Shown: piece by piece, positions 8,463 through 13,497 of the stretch
Layout of the letters: each line of letters begins with the position of its first letter
Numbering within the stretch: position 1 is the first letter of the stretch
IMG/VR virus record: IMGVR_UViG_3300028532_000009
Source of the DNA: a virus
Taxonomy: Duplodnaviria > Heunggongvirae > Uroviricota > Caudoviricetes
Strand: one strand, 5' to 3'
Length of the DNA: 13,497 bases
Position numbers and translations under genes: made by a program
Notes under the pieces: generated by a model
Told to the model about the DNA's origin: nothing
Seen by the model: only the letters and a program-made list of their open reading frames with translations
Database searches by the model: none

Positions 8463-8487
8463 AACCCGCCACCCGGCGGGTTTTTTA
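8463..8487 (+). terminator. Rho-independent terminator
   Basis: GC stem CCCGCC (8465-8470) / GGCGGG (8475-8480) with 4-nt loop ACCC, followed by TTTTTT (8481-8486), 17 nt after the stop of the membrane-protein gene. Confidence 0.75.
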
Positions 8488-8505
8488 CTTTCTGGAGACA
8501 TATGA

Positions 8506-9258
8506 ATGCCCGTTTCTTTAAGCGCTCAACTTGGTAGCAAAGAACAGGCCGATGTAAGACTTGCTGGCTCTGTCATGTCGGCGCTGCGTGTTTCTATGCC
8601 CGGCATCGTCCAGTCATTTGATCCGGACACGGTAACAGTGGTTGTTCAACCTGCGATTAAAGGCTATGAGCCGGACTCAAATGGAATCAACCAGTCGACG
8701 ACATTACCCCTGCTGGTGGATGTACCAGTGGTATTCCCGCGCGGCGGAGGCTGTACGTTGACTTTTCCGGTAAAAGCCGGGGATGAGTGTCTTGTCGTTT
8801 TTGCCGATCGTTGTATTGATTTCTGGTGGCAGAGTGGCGGTGTGCAGGAGCCTGTCGACGACCGGGTGCATGATTTATCGGATGCTTTCTGTATCGTCGG
8901 GCCGCAGTCTCAGGCGAGGAAGATTAGCGGTATTAATACCAGTGCTACACAGTTGCGTAGTGACGACGGCAGCACCTATTTTGAGCTTAATCCTGATACC
9001 CGGAAAATTAAAATTGTCGCTCCGGGGGGGCTTGATGTGGTTGCCCCTCTGGCTGATTTTTCTGAGAAAGTAACCATTCATGGCCTGTTAACCTGGATGG
9101 GTGGCATGGTGGGGTCTGTTGTTTCTGGTGTGGCTTCAAAAATCACTGGTGCTGTTGAGTTTTTGGGTAGCGTGAAGGCTAACGGCAAGCCAATCGATGA
9201 TACGCACACTCATGGCGGTGTTCAGCGCGGTGGAAGCAATACCGATGGGGTAAACTGA
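8506..9258 (+). CDS. Baseplate central spike protein, gpV/Mu gp45-like (250 aa)
   Basis: ATG 8506 with TGGAGA (8493-8498) upstream. First gene after the terminator, so transcription resumes or reads through here. The N-terminal part and Gly-rich C-terminus (HTHGGVQRGGSNTDGVN) resemble spike proteins from memory. Position before wedge and J-like genes. Confidence 0.65.
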   Translation: MPVSLSAQLGSKEQADVRLAGSVMSALRVSMPGIVQSFDPDTVTVVVQPAIKGYEPDSNGINQSTTLPLLVDVPVVFPRGGGCTLTFPVKAGDECLVVFADRCIDFWWQSGGVQEPVDDRVHDLSDAFCIVGPQSQARKISGINTSATQLRSDDGSTYFELNPDTRKIKIVAPGGLDVVAPLADFSEKVTIHGLLTWMGGMVGSVVSGVASKITGAVEFLGSVKANGKPIDDTHTHGGVQRGGSNTDGVN

Positions 9259-9611
9259 TGCGATACAGACGTGAAGACGCCGATGGCGATTACACCTTTG
9301 GCAGCGGTGATGACACCTGGCTGATTAACTCACCGGAGGCCGTGGCGCAGGCGGTAAAAACGCGATTCGAATTGTGGTATGGGCAATGGTTTCTCGACAC
9401 CACCGAGGGGACTCCGTGGATCCAGTCCGTACTCGGTAAGCAGAAGCCGGAAACCTACAACCTGGCGATCCGTAAGCGCATCCTCGAAACGCAGGGCGTT
9501 AAATCAATCCTCTCTTTCAATACGACGGTGGATACCACGACCCGACGTGTCATGTTTTCCGCTGAAATCGACACTCTTTATGGAATAACGACTGTTACAT
9601 CGGAGGCGTAA
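9258..9611 (+). CDS. Small baseplate wedge protein (117 aa), gpW/gp25-position
   Basis: ATG 9258 overlaps the previous stop (TGATG) and its own stop overlaps the next start (TAATG). Size and synteny between the spike and the J-like protein. Confidence 0.55.
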   Translation: MRYRREDADGDYTFGSGDDTWLINSPEAVAQAVKTRFELWYGQWFLDTTEGTPWIQSVLGKQKPETYNLAIRKRILETQGVKSILSFNTTVDTTTRRVMFSAEIDTLYGITTVTSEA

Positions 9612-10810
9612 TGGCTCTGAACCTTGATTCTCTCGGTTTATCTGCAAAGGTAACCGCGGAGGGGATCAGTGCGCCTGATTATCAGACGATACTCAGCACC
9701 CTGATTAGCTATTTTCAGCAGATTTATGGCAGTGATGCCTACCTCGAACCGGACAGCAAAGACGGCCAGATGGTGGCTCTGATGGCGCTGGCGATTCATG
9801 ATGCCAATAATATGGCGATAACTGTCTACAACTGTTTTTCACCAGCAACCAGCTATGGGGCTGCACTGACCAGTAACGTGAAAATAAATGGTATTTCACG
9901 TAAAGGCGCGACGAACTCTACGGTTGATTTGCTTCTTACAGGAACTGCCGGAACAACCATCATTAATGGCAGCGTGAAAGACAGTAATAATGTGATATGG
10001 CGTTTGCCTGCTTCAGTGGTGGTCGGCGTGGATGGTACAGTGATGGTGACCGCAACATGTTCCGTCAGTGGTGCAGTGGCGGCGCTGGCTGGAACTATCA
10101 CTGAAATTAATACGCCAACCCGTGGCTGGGTTTCGGTAACCAATCCTGCTGCGGCTACTGTGGGCACTCCGGCAGAAACTGATGCGGAGTTACGTATCCG
10201 ACAGTCGCAAAGTGTTGCGTTGCCATCAATAACCCCATTTGAAGCACTGAATGGTGCTGTTTCTAATGTTACCGGTGTAACCCGCCACAAACTCTATGAA
10301 AACGATAATGGTTCGGAGGACGGTAACGGGTTACCGCCACACTCTGTTGCTGTAATTGTGGATGGCGGTGATGTGACGGATATTGCTCAGGCTATCAGAG
10401 GGAATAAAGGCCAGGGGACAGCCACTCACGGTACAACATCCGTTACGGTTCCGGATAAATACGGCAATCCCCATGTAATCAAATTTTCGCGTTCCAGTGA
10501 TGTGCCTGTTTATGCCCGGATTAAATTAAAAGTTTTTACGGGTTATACCTCACAGATAGGGCAGCAGATCCAGCAGGCTATTTCCGACTATATCAATAGT
10601 CTGATGATTGGTGATTCGGTCCTTTTAAGTCGCATTTACTCACCGGCGAATCTTGGCGTGGTGAGTGGCGGGAATGCACGCTATTACGATATTCAGGAAC
10701 TGACGATTGGGAAATCCCCGGGGGCTTTGTCGTCATCAAACATTGATATCAGATACAACGAATCTGCGTCCTGTACCCCGGAAAATATCGTTATAACGGT
10801 GGAGTCATGA
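9611..10810 (+). CDS. Baseplate J-like protein (399 aa)
   Basis: ATG 9611 with GGAGG (9602-9606) upstream. Size and position (wedge, J-like, next baseplate protein, fibre) match P2 gpJ / Mu gp47 / XkdT-type proteins. Confidence 0.7.
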   Translation: MALNLDSLGLSAKVTAEGISAPDYQTILSTLISYFQQIYGSDAYLEPDSKDGQMVALMALAIHDANNMAITVYNCFSPATSYGAALTSNVKINGISRKGATNSTVDLLLTGTAGTTIINGSVKDSNNVIWRLPASVVVGVDGTVMVTATCSVSGAVAALAGTITEINTPTRGWVSVTNPAAATVGTPAETDAELRIRQSQSVALPSITPFEALNGAVSNVTGVTRHKLYENDNGSEDGNGLPPHSVAVIVDGGDVTDIAQAIRGNKGQGTATHGTTSVTVPDKYGNPHVIKFSRSSDVPVYARIKLKVFTGYTSQIGQQIQQAISDYINSLMIGDSVLLSRIYSPANLGVVSGGNARYYDIQELTIGKSPGALSSSNIDIRYNESASCTPENIVITVES

Positions 10811-11487
10811 GCAAATACACCGAACTAATCACGAACTACCACGCCACCAAACCTAAATTTCTTGCACATGTTGATCTGATGACCCGGCCGCTTATTGATG
10901 TTGCGGCTGCCACCAGAGGGCTGATTACTGCATTTGATATTGACTCTGCGGTTGGTGTGCAACTTGACATTCTGGGATTGTGGATCGGACGTAGCCGTGT
11001 TGTCAGCCAGCCTATTTCAGGTGTTTATTTCAGCTGGGATACCGACGGGCTTGGATATGATCAGGGTGTATGGCAGGGGCCATACGATCCTGATTCCGGA
11101 TACATGTACCTCAGCGATGAAACTTATCGTGTCATCCTTAAAGCGAAGATTGCGATTAATAACTGGGACGGACGGAATGATTCGCTTCCGGCAATTCTTG
11201 ACGCGGCAACAGCAGGATCCGGACTGCGAATGCAGATAGTCGATAACCAGGACATGACGATATCGGTCTGGGTCTTTCCTGATACTGATATTTCAGATGT
11301 ATCGCGTGAGTTAATTGCGGCAATTAAACAGGGGTATCTCACAGTAAAAGCCGCCGGGGTATGGGCGGGTGGCATTGAAACACCTTCGGTGGAAACCCCA
11401 TCGGAAGGCTCAAAATTTTTTGGTTTTGATATGGATAACGAATTCATCAGTGGTTTTGATGTAGGGGCATGGGGAGTATTACTCTGA
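10807..11487 (+). CDS. Baseplate/tail protein, Mu gp48 / YmfQ (DUF2313)-like (226 aa)
   Basis: ATG 10807 in ATGA overlap with the J-like gene. Lies immediately upstream of the tail fibre gene, as gp48/XkdU/YmfQ-type proteins do. Confidence 0.65.
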   Translation: MSKYTELITNYHATKPKFLAHVDLMTRPLIDVAAATRGLITAFDIDSAVGVQLDILGLWIGRSRVVSQPISGVYFSWDTDGLGYDQGVWQGPYDPDSGYMYLSDETYRVILKAKIAINNWDGRNDSLPAILDAATAGSGLRMQIVDNQDMTISVWVFPDTDISDVSRELIAAIKQGYLTVKAAGVWAGGIETPSVETPSEGSKFFGFDMDNEFISGFDVGAWGVLL

Positions 11488-12554
11488 TGGCAAAAAATGA
11501 CTTTAAAGCATTCGCAACGGGTAAAAATGCCAATGTTATGCCGCAGGAGGAATGGGAAGCGTTGCCTGCGCTTTTATCCGGATTTACAGCAGGGAAAGCA
11601 TCCAGTGCGCAGGTGAACAAAGCCATTCGACAGGCCAGCTTTATTACGGCAGCGCTTGCACAGTACACAGCTAATAAAAGTGGGCTGGATGTGCTTGATG
11701 ATGGTGACCTGAACGGGTTTATCTCCAAAATGGAAGCGGCTTTGGGGAAGGATTTCCAGGCGCTTGACGCCACGCTCACTGCACTGGCAGGCCTTGCCAC
11801 TGCGGCAGACAAACTACCGTATTTTACGGGGAATGATACAGCCAGCCTGACAACCCTGACTAATGTTGGACGGGATATTCTGGCTAAAACAAGCAAACAG
11901 GAGGTTATTCATTATCTTGGTTTGGGAGCTACAAACGGATACGTGGGACGCTTGGTGAATACCCGGGTTTTCACGTCATCAGGTACGTACACCCCGACGC
12001 CAGGAACAAAACGGATCAGGGTCACAATAACGGGCGGCGGTGGCGGAGGGGGCGGCTGCAAGGCTATATCCAATAATGAAACGTTTTTCGGTGCTGGCGG
12101 TGGGGCCGGTGGAACAATAATGTCAATAATGACCCCGACACAGAATAGTTATCCAGTCACTATCGGCGCAGGTGGGGCCGGTGGTGTTAGTGCGACTTAC
12201 GGCATCAATGGCGGTAATAGCTTATTCGCATCGTTAATTGCTCCTGGTGGCGCAGGCGGCGGAAAATCAGGAGTCACAAACACAAACGGTGGTAACGGAG
12301 GTGTGCCGAGTACTGGCGATATAAACATCATTGGTGGATGTGGAGGCGACGGTCAGTCCGGAAATATCGGCGTTAGCGGTGAAGGCGGAACATCGTACTG
12401 GGGTGGCGGTGGACGCGCAGGCGCTGGCGGTGGTGTTAGCGGCAAGGCATATGGTTCAGGTGGCGGTGGTGCATACGATGCCGGTTATAGCGGAACCAGT
12501 ATGACGGGCGGGAAAGGCGCTGCAGGGATTTGTATTATCGAGGAGTTTGCATAA
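11487..12554 (+). CDS. Tail fibre protein (355 aa) with glycine-rich C-terminal receptor-binding region
   Basis: ATG 11487 overlaps the previous stop (TGATG) with GGGGAG (11471-11476) upstream; an in-frame ATG at 11469 is an alternative start. N-terminal fibre-like region followed by a C-terminal half dominated by poly-Gly motifs. Followed directly by a tail fibre assembly gene. Confidence 0.75.
   Translation: MAKNDFKAFATGKNANVMPQEEWEALPALLSGFTAGKASSAQVNKAIRQASFITAALAQYTANKSGLDVLDDGDLNGFISKMEAALGKDFQALDATLTALAGLATAADKLPYFTGNDTASLTTLTNVGRDILAKTSKQEVIHYLGLGATNGYVGRLVNTRVFTSSGTYTPTPGTKRIRVTITGGGGGGGGCKAISNNETFFGAGGGAGGTIMSIMTPTQNSYPVTIGAGGAGGVSATYGINGGNSLFASLIAPGGAGGGKSGVTNTNGGNGGVPSTGDINIIGGCGGDGQSGNIGVSGEGGTSYWGGGGRAGAGGGVSGKAYGSGGGGAYDAGYSGTSMTGGKGAAGICIIEEFA
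12033..12056 (+). repeat. (GGN)8 codon tract encoding eight consecutive glycines
   Basis: ggc ggc ggt ggc gga ggg ggc ggc read directly in the fibre frame. Further GGN-rich runs follow through ~12500. Confidence 0.85.
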
Positions 12555-12964
12555 TGAATACGTCATATGCAGTTATTGAAAATGGGATGGTTGTGAATGT
12601 CATTGTCTGGGATGGCGAGGCTGAATTCACAGTGCCGGATAATCAGCAGCTCATTGATATTTCTGATATCAGTGAGCATCCCGGAATCGGCTGGGGGTAT
12701 TCAGACGGGGTATTTACTGCGCCGCTCCCTCCGGAACGTTCTCATGATGAACTGGTAGCTGACGCTGAACAGAAAAAACAGTCGCTGACAGACGCAGCAA
12801 TGGCTAATATCAGCGTGATTCAGTTAAAGCTGCAGGCCGGGCGCAAACTGACGCAAGAAGAAACTACCCGACTTAACGTTGTGCTGGATTATATCGACGC
12901 TGTGACGGCAACAGATACCAGCACCGCACCGGATGTCATCTGGCCTGAACTGCCGGAGGCGTAG
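12554..12964 (+). CDS. tfa: Tail fibre assembly chaperone (136 aa)
   Basis: ATG 12554 overlaps the fibre stop (TAATG) with GAGGAG (12540-12545) upstream. C-terminus LDYIDAVTATDTSTAPDVIWPELPEA matches the conserved Tfa C-terminal motif (lambda Tfa ends ...RVDTSTAPDIEWPAVP..., recalled from memory). Confidence 0.8.
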   Translation: MNTSYAVIENGMVVNVIVWDGEAEFTVPDNQQLIDISDISEHPGIGWGYSDGVFTAPLPPERSHDELVADAEQKKQSLTDAAMANISVIQLKLQAGRKLTQEETTRLNVVLDYIDAVTATDTSTAPDVIWPELPEA

Positions 12965-13043
12965 GCCATTCAATATCTGGCGCACCGGAAGTATCGACCA
13001 GTTCCAGTGCGTCCAGATAATCCAGCCACAAATTATATTGCAT
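12936..13043 (-). pseudogene. C-terminal fragment of a second, convergent tail fibre assembly gene (tfa-prime remnant)
   Basis: Minus-strand translation gives ...EELLMQYNLWLDYLDALELVDTSGAPDIEWPTPPAVQAR-stop (stop at 12936-12938). This parallels the plus-strand Tfa C-terminus motif for motif (LDY-DA...DTS-APD-WP). Only ~35 codons remain, with no N-terminal domain and no RBS. Confidence 0.6.
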
Positions 13044-13129
13044 CAGGAGTTCCTCGCCAGAAGGTGGCGATCATTTATGATGTTGGCGTATCGACTTTGT
13101 ATAAGAAGTTTCCGGTCGGAGATAAATGA
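13028..13129 (+). pseudogene. C-terminal remnant of a Pin/Gin-family serine DNA invertase (HTH tail only)
   Basis: Plus-strand frame encodes ...NYIASGVPRQKVAIIYDVGVSTLYKKFPVGDK-stop (TGA 13127-13129). This closely matches the C-terminal HTH of the e14 Pin invertase as I recall it (...IAAGTPRQKVAIIYDVGVSTLYKRFPAGDK). Upstream in the same frame the sequence is unrelated, and no other frame encodes the catalytic domain. Confidence 0.65.
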
Positions 13130-13497
13130 AACCGTAGCACGTCGTATGCAAGAACGTGCCACGGCTGGCTGATGGACGTTCGATAGCGCGAGTTTGAATG
13201 AAAATCAGCCGGAGGTGATTTTACATAATTGTTGCGGAATCATTCAATATAGGGATTGCTTATTTCTGCCTGGATTGGTCTGAAATAGTCCCGAAATTTT
13301 CTCTAAAAAACTCGAAAAAAATGGTAACTAATTGAATGCATTAATATGCAATGGTACGTGTTTGGGATTAAAAGATGAGCGTAATTTTGCTTAACAAATT
13401 AATTTAAAAAGGGTTTCTTGTTTGTTGACGAAAACAGGAATCGTGTTCGGTCTCTTTTTATCTGTTAAAAGCCAGAAGCATTTCCTTCGCTGACTTT

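Noticed and set aside
11469-11486. In-frame ATG at 11469 as the tail fibre start
   Set aside because: The ATG at 11487 overlaps the upstream stop (TGATG) with GGGGAG at suitable spacing, matching the coupling pattern of the rest of the operon. The upstream start remains possible.
11906-11935. Possible gix/pix-like invertase crossover site (TTATC...GGTTT-containing stretch) inside the tail fibre gene
   Set aside because: The sequence does not form the 26-bp imperfect palindrome (TTATC-AAACC, 2-bp core, GGTTT-GATAA) expected of Gin/Pin/Hin sites. It is probably chance.
13137-13160. Hairpin GCACGT...ACGTGC downstream of the invertase remnant as a transcription terminator
   Set aside because: The loop is long (12 nt) and there is no following T-tract.
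12933-13172. 79-aa plus-strand ORF spanning the tfa end and the invertase remnant
   Set aside because: It is in a different frame from both the tfa C-terminus and the invertase-like peptide, and its translation is Arg/Cys-rich nonsense. The real signal here is the two remnant frames.
13130-13497. AT-rich 3' flank as a possible gene, small RNA or attachment site
   Set aside because: No ORF with a credible start and RBS, no tRNA-like cloverleaf and no repeat pairing with anything else in the window. Open frames on the minus strand entering from the window edge are too short to call. It may be a prophage boundary or a regulatory region for a gene beyond the window.
1-13497. CRISPR arrays, tRNA or rRNA genes, insertion sequences
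   Set aside because: No regularly spaced direct repeats, no tRNA-like structures and no transposase-like ORFs or terminal inverted repeats were seen anywhere in the window.

Overview
The window is a single-strand (+) late-operon block of a contractile-tail phage or prophage (or a tail-derived particle; no head genes are visible, so this cannot be decided). The backbone runs: three small virion/tail-completion genes (37-1505), sheath-like (1509-2654), tube-like (2665-3105), tail assembly chaperone (3109-3561) with a probable -1 frameshift extension, tape measure (3739-5745), three post-TMP tail/baseplate genes (5745-7735), spike, wedge, baseplate-J-like and a further baseplate protein (8506-11487), a tail fibre with a glycine-rich tip (11487-12554) and a tail fibre assembly chaperone (12554-12964). 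Most genes are translationally coupled through ATGA/TAATG overlaps. Two things are not explained by the structural backbone. First, an apparently AT-rich accessory insert between hub and spike (7732-8490) carries a signal-peptide protein and a separately transcribed two-helix membrane protein with its own sigma70-like promoter and intrinsic terminator; this is the best candidate for an undescribed accessory function such as superinfection exclusion, lysogenic conversion or defence. Second, the 3' end (12936-13129) looks like the scar of a deleted invertible host-range switch: a convergent fragment of a second tail fibre assembly gene abuts the last ~30 codons of a Pin/Gin-type DNA invertase with no catalytic domain. 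All protein-family assignments are from reading the translations and from memory of family signatures; no database search was run.
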